Below, in pieces: positions 48,801-61,572 of a stretch of 64,000 nucleotides of DNA. Both the position numbers and the translations under genes were made by a program. Origin of the DNA: Marsupella aquatica (Eukaryota; Plantae; Marchantiophyta). The notes under the pieces were generated by a model, which worked only from the letters and a program-made list of their open reading frames with translations, did not search any database and was not told the origin of the DNA. Position 1 is the stretch's first letter. Each line of letters starts with the position of its first letter. The stretch is taken from NCBI GenBank assembly GCA_973895155.1, contig OZ316892.1, positions 16,110,357 to 16,174,356 on the forward strand, written 5' to 3'.

Positions 48801-51800
48801 ATCAAGATAAACGAAAACAAGCAAATAACCAGCCTGGAGAATTGAGACTAAGGACAAAAGTGGAGACGATGAACAGACAAGGGAGGATGAAGGTGTTTGC
48901 AAGGCAGAGAACGAAAGCTGTTTTGTTCGATCTCATTCAAATCACGGTTTAAAGCTGCAGAATGACCTTTCTTAAATGTAAAAAGGAAAGCAATAAGAAG
49001 CGGAGGAAGATGGCGTCCAGAATCTCATGGATGATAGAATCGTAAAGGAAAGGTTAATCAGTGGTTCGAAGAAAATGATCGCTGTAACAAAATGATTAGT
49101 TTGAAGATGTTTTCCCCCCCAGAAGATCTGATGAGAAAAGAGCTTTATACAGAAAAGTAATGAAGTACTAAACAGGAGCTTCAAAAGAAGACAAGAGCCG
49201 CAGTGTTATGAGGAGAGTGAGCGCTTGGACGAGGGAAAGTAAAAATTTAACTTGAAGAAGTAGATTGGTGATAGAGGAAGCTATATAAATTGAAGTATTT
49301 AGCTAAACTAGGGAAAGAGAGGGAAAGACGGTAGAATGGCTGCAGGGAGGAATTTTTTTATGTTGTCGGATTGGAAAGACTTGGAGACTAGACGAGTAGA
49401 AAAGAGATGTGAAGAGCAAAAAGAGCAGGGAAGGAAGGCCGAGAAAGAAGAGGCAAAACGACGATTGAAGTTATGTAAAGAATGCCTTGGAGTAACGATT
49501 GATGACTAGATAGGGGAACGTGGAAAATTCTGATTGAACCTGACCTTGAGACCTGAACTGAGCTGAGTCGTGGCCCATATGAGGAAGAGCTGACAAGAAT
49601 GACTTTGTAGACTTCAAAGATGTTGTAATTTAAGTCTTTCATAGAATGAATAGGATCGAGCTGAAGGAGCGGAGAAGAGCGGTGAGAGCGGTGAGAGCTT
49701 GAGCATCTCACATTTGCGTTCCGGGTTTACACAAGTTTAAGATTTTTGGTAAATACGTCGTCGGTCTCATTGGATCCAGGAGCGTCAGAGCTCTTTCTCG
49801 ACACCTTTTGCGCTGTGATAGATTGCATTCAGACTAACTTCTGAGCATTTGAGGTAGGACGATGCTGTAGCGGAGTCTCTGGTCTTGGTAGTCTCAACAC
49901 AGACATTCGTTACGGTCCTTGGATCCTTTGCGCTCACTATTCTGAAGCAACATTGAACTATGGATTACAATTGGCGCACTGGAATGGATACTCGTGCATA
50001 TGCCGGTCGAGGGCCTGGTAGACTCGGTGCTGCTTCGTCTGGAAGAGGATTTGGCAGGAATCGGTATGGCACTTCTTGGAGGAATGATGGCTCACCCTTG
50101 TCTGAGGGGGGTAATACACGTGATGGAGATGAAATCAGGAGGGGTATAGGAGGAAATGTGCCCAGCAGATTCTCTATGCAGGATGCGCGCGGAGGACCGA
50201 AGAATGCACCCTACGACCTTTTTGACAACTCGGCAAAGCATGACCGAAGACCACCAGCTTAACAGCCTCCAAGGATTTCTCGATTCATTCCTAGAAATGG
50301 TCCTTCGTGGGCTGATCAAATGGATGCAGATTTTCAAGAAGCTGTTGTCGTTGAGGAGAGACCTCTTGCTTCCCCGTCGGGTGCGTCGATTCATTCCTAG
50401 AAATGGTCCTTCGTGGGCTGATCAAATGGATGCAGATTTTCAAGAAGTTGTTGTCGTTGAGGAGAGACCTCTTGCTTCCCCGCCGGGTGCGGATGCTGCT
50501 CCTCACTTGGGACCTCACCCTGTCTCTGGAGATCGCCGGAACAACCCTATGCAGCCTGAATCTTCACGTGAGCGCTGGGGTGAACGTAGAGATCCTGATC
50601 TTGGAATATTGAGGAATTACAGGGGATTGGAAAACAATGCTGAACCTACTTCCAGCCGTCAGCAGGCTCACTGGAACACGTTTGCTCCCATCCATGAACA
50701 CGACAACTTTTCTGGGGAAAATTCAGAAGCATGTTTGGATATTCTGAAGACAATCTTGAACAATTCCAGGAAAGATTGGCCGAATAAGCTCCACACTACT
50801 TTCAAGTGGTCATTCGATGAGGCGGCCCTTTAAGTTTCGGAGCTCTACAATTGCACCATGATGTGCTACTTCACTGACCGCACTCCTCTGCTTCCAGTCT
50901 TTCGTGATTGGGTTGAAGGCATCTTCATCAGCGACATGGGTTGGCCGGTTTCGCAGATTAAATTTGTGGGCAAGAATTTTTACATGATTTTGTTTGTTCA
51001 CCCGGAACACAGAGATGTAGCTTTAGAGCTGGCCCCATTTTTCATGGATCGGAAATTTGTCCACACTTTCCCGTGGGAGCCTTCTTTTGATGTGCGAAGT
51101 GAAACTTACACCAAATTACCTGTCTGGATTGAGATCCCTTTCCGTGCTCTGGTTCTTGAAGGTTGTCGGAAAAGAATCGCGGAATCCCTTGGGAAACTCC
51201 TTTATTATATCCAGGGAGACGTTCGAAGCTCTTTTCCTTGTGATCGTGCATGTATACTTTGGGATACGTGTCGCGAGATCCCTCAAAGTGTTGGAATCAA
51301 GATCATCGATGATATCACTATCTGGCAGCCAGTCACGTTCAAGAACATTCCCTACCACTGTTTTAGATGTAATGAACGGGGCCATTTAGCCAGACAGTGC
51401 AAAGCCTTTGAAACAGAGGAGATTAAAAACGACGAACCTGAACCAGATAGGACACAAAATGAGGCGGACGAGAAGTATGCTTCTGACAGGGTGGCTCCTC
51501 GGTCCTCTGACTCTATTCACGTTGAGTCTGGGGGGGGTCCCTTTGGGTCCCTCTCCTCGGGCACCGGAAGAGGTCCTTGCAACAGCTGGTGCTGGCGCGG
51601 CTAGGGGATCTTCGACTGCTAGCCCTCCAGGGGTTGTTCCTCTTGATCCTACAGTTGAGAGAAATACCCTTAACATTGGTAATATCATTGCCCTTTCTAG
51701 AGGGGGTAGTGTTATTAGCCCCAGGTCACCTTTGAATCAAAATCAGACTTTGTCCCCGGCTACTGTTTTGATTGATAAAGTGCGTTCTCCCAGTATTGGC

Positions 51801-54800
51801 ACCCCGGTGGGGATTGAAGAATCTTCTCCTTCTACCACCATCCTTCCGACTCCCCTGGCTGATCATTCCACTGAAAATCGTCCTCCGCTTCTTAGAGACA
51901 ATGCTCTCTTTGAAGATCATAGTTCACAGGATGCATGTTATCCCTGGCGCAGTGGATTGGCCTGCTATAGAGAGAATATCTGATTCGCAGGCTTTGAGGA
52001 AGCATGGAGCAGCAGAAATCAACAAGCAGGACTCCCTAGTTGCTGTACCGAGTCCTTCCTCTCTTGCAGTGGAGCCAACTTCAAACACAGATTACATGGA
52101 TATTCAACCTGCCACTGATGTCGAGGAGGCTTCTCTGCGGGGTGGATCTGATATAGAGATGTCAAAATATGAGGAATATATTTCTAAGAGCCAGTTAAAG
52201 AAGGAGCGAGCAAGAAAACTAGAACTTCGAACTCCACCTACCGACCAGAAGAAGAAGGACAAAAAGGGTGTCAACAAGAAGGGATGCTCTCTCCATTACC
52301 CTGCTCGAGAACCTCCTGCTCCGGACTCTTTAATTCGGACGCCTCGGCTGCTAACTCCAATTCGGTCGTCCCGACTTCCCTGGGGCGCCGTGCCAAATAA
52401 GTGCTTCGAGAATCTGTTTTGGGCTTTCCTCAGGATCTGCTTATCTGCTGATCTGCATTTTCTGTTGGGATGGCCTCTCTCGTTTCTTGATTCTTACGAG
52501 AGTTGGAAGAACATTTTGAAAACTAAAATGGATAATGAATTGTATATAGCTTCATGGAATGTCTGTGGTCTGTGCGAATCGAACAGGAAACATGTGGTGA
52601 AAAATTGGATTATTTCGCTCAAGACCACATTGACTGCCTTAGCTTTACAAGAGGTTAAAGCTGATAGTTTTAGACTAGGTCTAGCGCTTCAGTTGATTCT
52701 ACCTTCCTATCAATATTTATCTGCTGAGCCAGATGACGGACGCGGGGGTACTTCGTTACTTATTCACCCCTCTCTTTCTATCACTCAATCTGGAGTAGTA
52801 GACAAAGGCCGTGCTGTGTGGGTGCGTGTTTCTCACCCTTTGGGAAACTTTGGTCTAGTAAGTGTGTATGCACCTAATCTCCCTCGAGACCGTGCTCTAC
52901 TGTGGCATGAACTCAAAATATCCCTTCCTCACGACAACTGGATTATCTGTGGGGATTTCAATATGACTGAAAGCATAAATGATTCGTCTGGTTCATCGCC
53001 ACTGATCAGAGGAAGGGAGGCAGAATTTTGGAGGTTTTTTAAAATGAGACTTGATTTGGAGGATGCTATTGGTGTTACTCGGAGCTTTCGTGGCGCAAAC
53101 TTCACTTGGCGACGGAAAATTAATGGGTCTGTGGTGCAGTCTAGACTTGACCAATTTTACCTTAGTGGAAAAAGCTGGTGGACAGATTCGGTTGTAGAAC
53201 TTTGTCACAAAGGAGGATCTGCACTTTCGGATCACGATCCTATCGTTCTTCACTTCCGTCTTTCTAATGTGGAGTCGGGAACGACCTCACACAAATCCTC
53301 CTATTTCAAGGCCAATGTGGGGCTGCTCAGAGTTGAAGGCTGTTTGGAAAAACTTTGCGGTGCATGGGAGGTGCAAGAAGATCGGGTGGTGGATCCTCAC
53401 CTTTGTTTTTATCTGGCTAGTTTGAGGCTGCGGGAAAAATACAAGGAATTACAATCCGCACCACTTGCCCGAGAGGTGGAAATCTCTCTCTTGAGGAATC
53501 GTCTGTGAACACTTAAGGTAGCCCTTATTAGTTCACTGTCTGAATCAGACATCGCTGATTTTGCTACTGTGGACGATCAGGTAAGAATAGCTGAACATGA
53601 AGAGGCACAAATGGGCAGGAGACTCTCACGGATCAAATGGCTGGGGCACGGAGACGAACCATCTAAGTTCTACTTTGCTACGGTCAAGGCTAAAAGACTC
53701 AGAGAAAACATGTCTATGCTACTTCTTGATAATGGCGACATACTAACTCAAGAGGATAGTATTCTGAAAGAAGTAGAAAAACAATATTGTGCTCTTTACG
53801 AGGCGCCGGAGGATTTGGCTTTTAGTACTTCGTTTGAAGTCAGAGAAGCTAGACGCAAACTCTTTGCTAACACTGGTAAGTCGCTTACGGCAACTGGAAT
53901 CCCCCCCATCGATGGAGGAGATTCGTTCTACTCTTTGGTTACTTCCGGCTGACAAAGCACCGGGACCTGATGGTATCACTACCGAAGTGTACAGATCCTG
54001 TTGGCACTTTATGAAAGAAGACATTTATGAGATGATTCTGGATTTCTGGAGAACAGGAAAATTTTCGGCTAACATGAAGGAAGGTGTGATCAAATTGATC
54101 CCGAAGAAACCCGATAAAAGATGTTTGAAGGACTGGCGCCCTCTTACTATGCTCAATACCATCTACAAGGTTGTGGCTAAGATCTTGGCTTTATGCCTTA
54201 AACCACTTCTACACAAGCTTATTAGTCCTCAGCAAACCGGATTCATTCCGGGCAGGCACACTTTAGAAAACATCTCGGTTGCCTGGCTGACTGTCGACTG
54301 GATACGAGTTAACAAGAAAAGCTCTCTTTTTCTTATGTTGGACTTTGAGAAGGCCTTCGACAGAGTCTGCCACTCCTACATCTGGGAAGCTATGCATTTG
54401 CTTGGACTCGGTAGTCACTACATTAGTTTAGTGAGATCCTTACTCACTGGCGCGGGCTCCAGGGTTCATTTGAATGGCATGTTCTCGAAGGAAATCCAGT
54501 TGCCCGTTATCTCCTCTTTTATTTGCGATTGCTACTCAACCTCTCATGGACTATCTGGATCAGGAGATTCTGCATGGACGACTGAGAGGTATTCAAATCT
54601 CTGAGGCCCTCATGATCTGTTATAGATTATTTGCAGATGATCTTGGATTGTTCATTCCTGCATCTGAAGAAGATTTCAATAAGGTCACGGAAGCAATTGC
54701 TTGTTACGAACTTGCATCTGGTGCTCGGCTCAACTTACGTAAGTCTATTGTCATTCCACTTGCATTGGAGGAGATTCCGGAATGGCTGGTTAACACTAGT

Positions 54801-57090
54801 TGCAAGATCAGCGGGAAAGGGGGAATTCAGAGATACCTTGGTGCGCCTATGGGATGGGACCTTTCTTCCTCGCAACTCCACACCTTCTGTCTTGACAAGA
54901 TTAGTTCTCGACTTTCTGCTTGGGCCACCCGTTTTCTTTCTTTCACAGGACGCACTATTCTTGTTAAGCATGTATTGCAAGCTATTCCTATCTATCATAT
55001 GATGTTCCTCAGAAGCTCCAACTCTTTGGCTAAGACTTTGGTGGCTCTCTGCCGTGACTTCCTTTGGGGATATAATGAGAATGGTGGACGGAAAATTCCC
55101 CTGGTAGCGTGGAAGACGATGGCACGGCCTAAGGTGGACGGTGGCCTTGGGTTTAAGGACTTTCGCAGTCACTCTGACGCTTTACTCTGTCAATGGTTCA
55201 CCCGTGCTCTGGATTTCCAAGTCTCTGAATGGGCTAGGCTTTTTGGGGAAAATTTGAGATTGGCAAAATGGAGGAATGCTAAGCGCATCAGGAGAAATAG
55301 ATACTCTCTCTCTGATCGACTATTGCTCTGTTACCCTCGTTCTTTTGGCTGTCTCTTTTACACGGGTAGTTTGTGGAAGGCTTGGGAGTCTCTTTGGCTG
55401 CACCTTATACTCTCACCGGGCGTTTCTGGCGTGGCATGCTGGTGGAGCGTGGAGGATGTTGTGAGATGCCTGGAAGGTTTTCAGCACCTACAGGATGACA
55501 TGATTTGCTCCATTATCAAGATGTGCGGGAGGATTGGAGTAAGGACGATGTCGGATTTAAATGGTTCTCATGACTCAGTTGTTCGAACCTTTTCTACTAA
55601 AATTGCAAGAATACGTGGTGCTGACTCTGCAACGAGAGAGCTTTGTTTAGCATTCGTGGACAAAATCAAAGGTACTGTGGATTGCTTTGGAGATCTCCAA
55701 GCTCGTGCCGCCCAATGGTGTTGGTCTGACAAACGTGAACGGCTGAAGAGCTTCACCCTGTCCAATGCACGTATGTATCAGATGATTCGACCCAAAGGCT
55801 CTGATTCTCTCAGGCTCAATGGGATTTGGAGCATTTCTTTTTCTGACCTCGAATGGAACAATTTCTGGAATGCTCTATGGTCATCTGATTTACCGTTAAA
55901 AGGCCGCTTATTCCTTTGGAGATTAGCTGCTCAAGGGTTATTCACTGGAACACGAGCTAGAAAGATTGGTAAAGGAGATGGAAGTTGCCTACTGTGCACC
56001 AATGTTCTTGAAACAATTCCTCATCTTTTCTTCACATGTCCCTTCGCTAAGAGGTGCTGGCAGCTAGCTGGGTGGATTTTTCCGGGAGCCACTTCTTGGA
56101 GACATTTGAATTTATTCTCTGTCTTGGAAGTCACTGGATGCACCAAAATTGAGAGAACCATTCGGGTCTTTGTGGTTTACCACGTGCTGTGGACTCTCTG
56201 GCTGGCACGGAATGAGCAGCTTTTTAATCGTGTCAACAGTAGAAGGTTTAATCTGAATCTACTCCTTTCAGATATGTTAGACTCCTTGCATGGCCTCTGT
56301 GAAGCCTTGGGTCCCAGTAGAAAACATACTAGATTACTGCGAGTCAAAGAATTAGTCCGTCAGGAACGTCTTAGGTGGGTTACTCGTCCAGACGCATGGC
56401 TTTTTAGTTGAAGCAATACTTGTTTATGCATTCTACTTTAGTTGGCTAGGAACACTTCTTTGTGCCCTAATTTGCACTTAGGTGCTCATTATGGCCGCAC
56501 CTGGATCACACTATGCTGCCCACGCTTATGTTGCCCTGTTGGGCCCCCCTTCCCGTGGGTTTTCGCGGGTTTCATTTTTATTTAAAAAACAAAAAAACAA
56601 AAAAAAAGATGTTGTAATTTCAAAACCTTAAAAGGGTTTAATGTGAATAAAAGGGGAAGAAATAAATTAAAGTGTTTCTGAAAAATCTTGGGTGTTGTAA
56701 AAGTGATTGTGAATAAATTGTAAGCACTCTAGGTATCCTGGACACAAGGGATAAGAATAAGAGCTGAAAGTTAATATAACTAGATTGATTTATGAAGAGA
56801 GTTAAAACATTCTTGCTAAACCATCTACTAACTACAAAAAGCACCTTAACTTAAACAACAACAACAAAATTAATAATAAATTTTAAAATAGAATGCTTGA
56901 AGAGAGAAATTTGTTAGTTTAGAGAAGCTAAAATACGGGAAGAAATACAATGCTAAGCAGAACCTCTTAACACGGATTGAAAGTAACACATTAAGAAAAC
57001 TGATACACACGAGATTAAACAAAAGTAAGAAAGTCCCTAAAATATGTAAGAAACTAGTTTTTCATACCGCCATTAACGGTTCCTCGGACA
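45881..57090 (+). mobile_element. Complete ~4.2-kb 5' LTR (excluding the nested L1) of a second LTR retrotransposon
   Basis: TGTC...GACA termini, followed after 4 nt by a PBS and then gag. No partner LTR in the window, so the left boundary is inferred. Confidence 0.75.
49632..56604 (+). mobile_element. Plant L1 LINE, copy 2
   Basis: TSD aaagatgttgtaattt at 49616-49631 and 56605-56620; ORF2 52528-56411; extra G in the G-run at ~51530. Confidence 0.95.
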
Positions 57091-57094
57091 AGAG

Positions 57095-57111
57095 TGGCGA
57101 CCATAATGGGG
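57095..57111 (+). promoter_or_regulatory. PBS resembling the complement of tRNA-Arg 3' end
   Basis: TGGCGACCATAATGGGG lies 4 nt after the LTR end; similar to the recalled tRNA-Arg(TCG) complement TGGCGACCACAGTGGG with two transitions. Confidence 0.7.
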
Positions 57112-57583
57112 AACTCGCGGAATCATTATTTTTAGGGACATGTGATTAGTGGATGGGAAAGCCATTAGAAACTATTGAACGTGAGAAGAATAAGGGTCCG
57201 AGTGAGACAAAACTAGAAAGGGAAAATGAAGATAAGGCAAGAGTTAGGGAAGGGCGAGAGGAACGATTGTTGAGGACCATAGGTTCATTTAGGGTTGAGA
57301 ACTTAAGGGAGGCGAGCAGAAGGGCAGCCATGGGTTGAGGGAATTAGAAATGAGAATAGATAATTAGGGTTGCTTAATATGAATGATTGATTGAATGAGA
57401 GATTGATTGATTGATAGAGGGTGAACTAGGTTTCTTAATCTCTTGAGAGGCAGTTCGACAGTGGCAGCTCAAAGAGCTGAGAGGCTGATCAACTGTGAAT
57501 GGTTGGAAACAACTGATTTGTTGTGACAAAAATTTTGAGGGAAGAGAGAGTGAAACCATAGTTTGAGGGTTGTTGGCTTGTGT

Positions 57584-58245
57584 ATGGATTCAGATGCGAG
57601 TCCTAATATAGAGAGTTTTTCTGAGGCTTTCAGAAAAGAAGAGACTATGGAGGATATGATTAGGATGATGGCGGCTGCCATGCAGCTAATGAAGAGAGAG
57701 GATGCGGTTAGTGAACGTGAAAGGAGAGAGAGGGAAACAGTAGAAAGGAGGGAGAGAGACCAGGAGATGAGGGCATCGAGATGCCTTCAAGCGGTACTCA
57801 CAAATAGAGGTAGGTTTGATGGGCGAGATGTTACCCTATTTTTAGAAGAGTATAAGACACAAGTCGAGATACAAATGGTGGATGAGGTTGTGGCAATCCA
57901 AAAGTTTGTCACGGTTGTTGAGATGAGTTTGAAGGGGTCAGTTCAGGTTTTAGTTGATAAGTCAGTACAGGATAGGACTTGGAGGGACTTTGAGCGATGA
58001 ATGAAGGAGGAATTTCAGTTAGAGGATTCGAGTAGGGAAACTCACACTTCCTTCCTAGATTGGGTTAACGAGAGAGAGAAGAGGCTTGAGCCGCAACAGT
58101 TACTTTGAGAGTTCACTCGAAGGATGAGCCAACTCCCTTGGCGTGATGTAAGAATTATTGAGCTCCAGAAGTCAGAGTTGTTTTTGAGAGCAGCAAGGGA
58201 GAAGCTTAGGGATGAGCTAGAAAATGCCATGGATCTATTAGAACC
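57584..58245 (+). pseudogene. Gypsy-type gag remnant of the second LTR element
   Basis: GRFDGRDVTLFLEEY...TWRDFER*MKEEFQLEDSSRET..SFLDWV..LL*EF..ELFLRAA..LRDELE, capsid-like; two stops; abrupt compositional junction at ~58245. Confidence 0.8.
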
Positions 58246-58358
58246 CACCTCCGCTACCCCCAGTACAACCACCTCCAATCCCTCCACCACCTGAAGAAAC
58301 TTTCCCCTCCCCATTGTAGACTACGGAGGAGCTCGCCGCCCCGCCCGAGGAACCATCG

Positions 58359-59081
58359 GTGCCCGAGAGGATGGAGGACTACCAAGTAGCCCCGGGGACC
58401 ATGGCCTACGACCTGGTCCAAAAGTTTAGCCAAACTCTGTCAGGGGAGCTAGCGACGTACATCGGGCAACGGGTCTCGGCGTACTTCCAACCAGCCTTCT
58501 TCATGTTAGAGCACCAACCACGGATTGTAAGCCGCTTAGAGGAAGAACTCATGGCAAAAGGGAACGAGATCGGGCGCCTCCAAATGCTAGTAGAACACCT
58601 CGAAGAGGAGGCCACCACCCGCCGTGAAGAGTTAGTCCGCACCATTGAACAACGGGAAGGACTCAACCAGGAGTTGAGCGCGGCGCAAGCAGATCTCAAG
58701 AAGCTAGATGACATGGTGCTTCAGTTGCACTCAGAGTCCTCGGCTCGGGTTACCAGCCTGACTGACCTCAACAGCCAATTCCTGCAGGCAGCTCAGCAGG
58801 TGGCTAGTCTCTCCGCCGAGCAAGATAAATTGCTGGCGCAGGACCAGACCCGTCGTGACTCCATCGGCCAGCTTAGCCTAGAGGTAGCACGGCTCCAGAC
58901 CGAGGCCGACAAAGCTGTAAACAAGGTAGAAGAGGCGGTACGGGATAACAAGGCCCTGCAAGAGCGCATTACCCTGCTCGTAAGTCAGCGGAATGGACCT
59001 GGACCCACCTCTGATCAAGGTGGCTTGAGGTCTCATCCCGACAAGAGGACAAACCCTGGACCAACAGCAGCTTGCACGTAA
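58359..59081 (+). CDS. Hypothetical coiled-coil protein, probably a TE accessory ORF (5' end may be truncated)
   Basis: 240-aa open frame with a long heptad pattern (LEEELMAKGNEIGRLQMLVEHLEEE...LQERITLL); no recognised domain. Confidence 0.5.
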   Translation: MPERMEDYQVAPGTMAYDLVQKFSQTLSGELATYIGQRVSAYFQPAFFMLEHQPRIVSRLEEELMAKGNEIGRLQMLVEHLEEEATTRREELVRTIEQREGLNQELSAAQADLKKLDDMVLQLHSESSARVTSLTDLNSQFLQAAQQVASLSAEQDKLLAQDQTRRDSIGQLSLEVARLQTEADKAVNKVEEAVRDNKALQERITLLVSQRNGPGPTSDQGGLRSHPDKRTNPGPTAACT

Positions 59082-59260
59082 GGGGTGGTTAGCCGAGGGA
59101 GCGGGCAGGCGCCGCTCGTTACGGTTAGGTTAGCAGCATCTTTTCTGATTAGGCTTAATGATAGAATAGCTGTCATTAGGCACCGATTAGCGGCGCAGTA
59201 GGGAGGATTAGGATAGGATCAGTTACGATCATCCGGTGTAGGATAGAGTCCATCAACGGA

Positions 59261-60321
59261 TGTGGAATGGCTCAGTGGAGGCTTGAGTACAAAATGCGTC
59301 AGTTTTTTGCTTTCAAGGAGTAGTAATTACATAGTTTAGTGATTAGCGGAGTTGTTAGGTTTAGGGTAACTTAATAACTAAGGAAGTAGAGTAGGGAAAT
59401 AAATTGAGGGAGAGGACATGTTTCTCTAAGAAGTAACAAGAGTTTAGTAAGTTATTTGGTAAGGGCGGAAAAAAGTTATGGTAGTCGGCAAGTCGGGCCG
59501 AAGGCTCATCCGATACTTTTGAGTGATAAGTTTTGCTAAGACTCACCCTATAGGTGCTAGGTAGTCCCTAGACCACACATAAAAGTCACAAAGTCAAGTG
59601 GGGTCTTAACCTAGGAGTTGTAAGTATTTTGGCAAAACTTAAAGTTACCAAATAGCGGGTCTCGGGAAAAATAGCTGATGAGAAAAGGTAGGGGTTCCAA
59701 GTTTCAAAGTAGGTTAAATATGGTCCACTCTATCCCTGGAAACTTGTGGAAGAACTTGGTTACCTTTGGTTACTTTTTGGGAGCATCTCAAAGTTGAGAA
59801 GAATTTTGGAAAACATAAGAATTAACCCTCTTTACCTAATTTTAGAAAATTGGTTATAGGGTTTTGTTTAGATCTTAGTAAATCAAGAAATAGCCCTATG
59901 TCCAGAGAATTTATGGATCTACTCAAAAGTCCTTTTGGCCTTATAGGTGATTTTTGGCAATGGGCACAATATGGGCCGGGGAATTATATTTTTTCCAAAA
60001 TAACAAAATCCGACTAAGTGTAAAAACGCTTCGACGAGGCTACCACAAGGCAGGAATAAGTCAAGCACAAGGGCGGCTAGGAGATGGTTGAATAGACCAG
60101 GCAATCACAAGGTGAAGGAGCTTGAGTGGGAGTGGTAGTTAGTTGGACTTTTGTTGTAGTGTGACTTTGGTAGTTAGTAGGACTTTGGTGGGCTACCTTG
60201 GTCCTTGGTCCTTGGTGGGCTACTTTGGTCCTCTACCTTGGTCCTTGGTCCTCTACTTTGGTCCTTGGTGGGCTACTTTGGTCCTTGGTCCTTGGTGGGC
60301 TACTTTGGACAACCTTGGACA
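59261..60321. mobile_element. LTR-like repeat (third family), internally deleted copy
   Basis: TGTGGAATGG...CTTGGACA; matches 61679-61969 joined to 63272-64000; flanks acgga/agact are not a TSD. Confidence 0.75.
60183..60321. repeat. Short-unit tandem array (CTTGGTC / CTTGGTGGGCTA); second array at 63903-64000
   Basis: Directly visible; unit order differs between the two LTR copies. Confidence 0.95.
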
Positions 60322-61411
60322 AGACTCTGGGATTTCTGACCGAATACATAGCACAATATGAGCATGTGAAGACCAGGGTGTGGAATTCTGATGAGGAGGA
60401 AGGGGTGATAGGTGAAGTACTGGAAGGGGCTGCAACCACAAAGAACCTGACCATACCTATGAGAGACTTGGCACATGACTTTGTATTGCACAACACTATG
60501 GTGATGGAACCCTGGATACAGTGAGTGCATACATTTGCTAAACTCCAATTGATGAGCTTAAATGTTTGTGTGCATGTGATTTTCTCCTTCAGCCTGTTCA
60601 TTAATGCCAAGCTAATGTTGTGTGGTTGCTTGTTTAGGGAATACGAGTCATTGAAGGCGGCCTGGCCATCCCATTGTAGGAATAACTTTTCCAGGTTTCA
60701 TGGAGTGGATCGGAGTGGCAATTAGAGAGCATCACGAGACCCACCCACCAGATATGGATGCAGACGTTTACCTATTGTCTAATGCCCCTAGCCTGAAAGT
60801 GAAGAGTTACAAATGGATGAGAGCATATGGGAATCACTTTCAAGTGAAGGATGGTGATAGTGCCTACAGGGTGACAAATGACTGTGGGCTCATCTCTGTA
60901 TTTGAGCAACAGAGCCACAATCACAATAGGGGCCTGGATGGAGATGGGATATGTGGGAGAATTAGTTGACATATGGGCTCTAGACTATGGGGCGGTGTCC
61001 AGTCCTGTGATTCTTATGAAAGGTTCATGGGTGCGGCAGGATTGGCTTGGTAACAAGGCTACCATGAAGAGAGACAATGACAGTTTCTTGCTTGCCAATT
61101 TCAGGGGGAAATTGCCCGAATGGTTTGAGCCATTTGTGTTTCCCAGTCAGGTGGAGCAAGATTTCTTCCTGGATATGGAAGACTCCCCAGGTTGGCGTGT
61201 AGTGTGTCATAAATAGGCCAAGCAACGTTGGATGGAAGGATCAAACCTTGAGTTTCATTTACACTCTCATAGTGCCTTTAATCGTCGGCGTTCAGACCAA
61301 GTGCCTCTAGTTCATGATAGCGGGGACTTCATTCTTGTGACAAGGGTAGAGGCATTTGCTGAAGGAGAAGAATTCAAAGATGCAGATGCCAACAGTGTGC
61401 CTGTGCCCTGA
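60322..61411 (+). pseudogene. C-terminal part of a CACTA TnpD-like transposase (end of DUF4218 region, DUF4216)
   Basis: TLGFLTEYI..VWNSDEEEG..GEVLEG; intron 60521-60638; SYKWMRAYGNHF, TNDCG, YVGELVDIWALDY, VILMKGSW, EPFVFPSQVEQDFF..GWRVV; frameshifts and stops. Confidence 0.9.
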
Positions 61412-61572
61412 GTGATGTGAATTGTTTGCATGGACATTAGTGAGGGGAAGGATGTATAATAAATTAATTGTCAAGCAACGTTAACAGATATATATGGATG
61501 GATGCCTGGTGATTGTGGTTGCATTGTGTTATACAGGGTGACCATAGATGACATGTTTTTGTGGTCCAGTAG

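Larger units (their letters stand above)
12339..57068. repeat. Head-to-tail tandem segmental duplication, unit ~22.36 kb
   Basis: 12339-34700 matches 34701-57068 with offset drifting 22362 to 22368; junction ttttcatacc|cattgcatcc; every ORF in the track appears twice. Confidence 0.98.

Noticed and set aside
35400-56604. Second Gypsy and L1 as independent transpositions
   Set aside because: Identical flanks, TSDs and disabling mutations show they are passengers of the segmental duplication.
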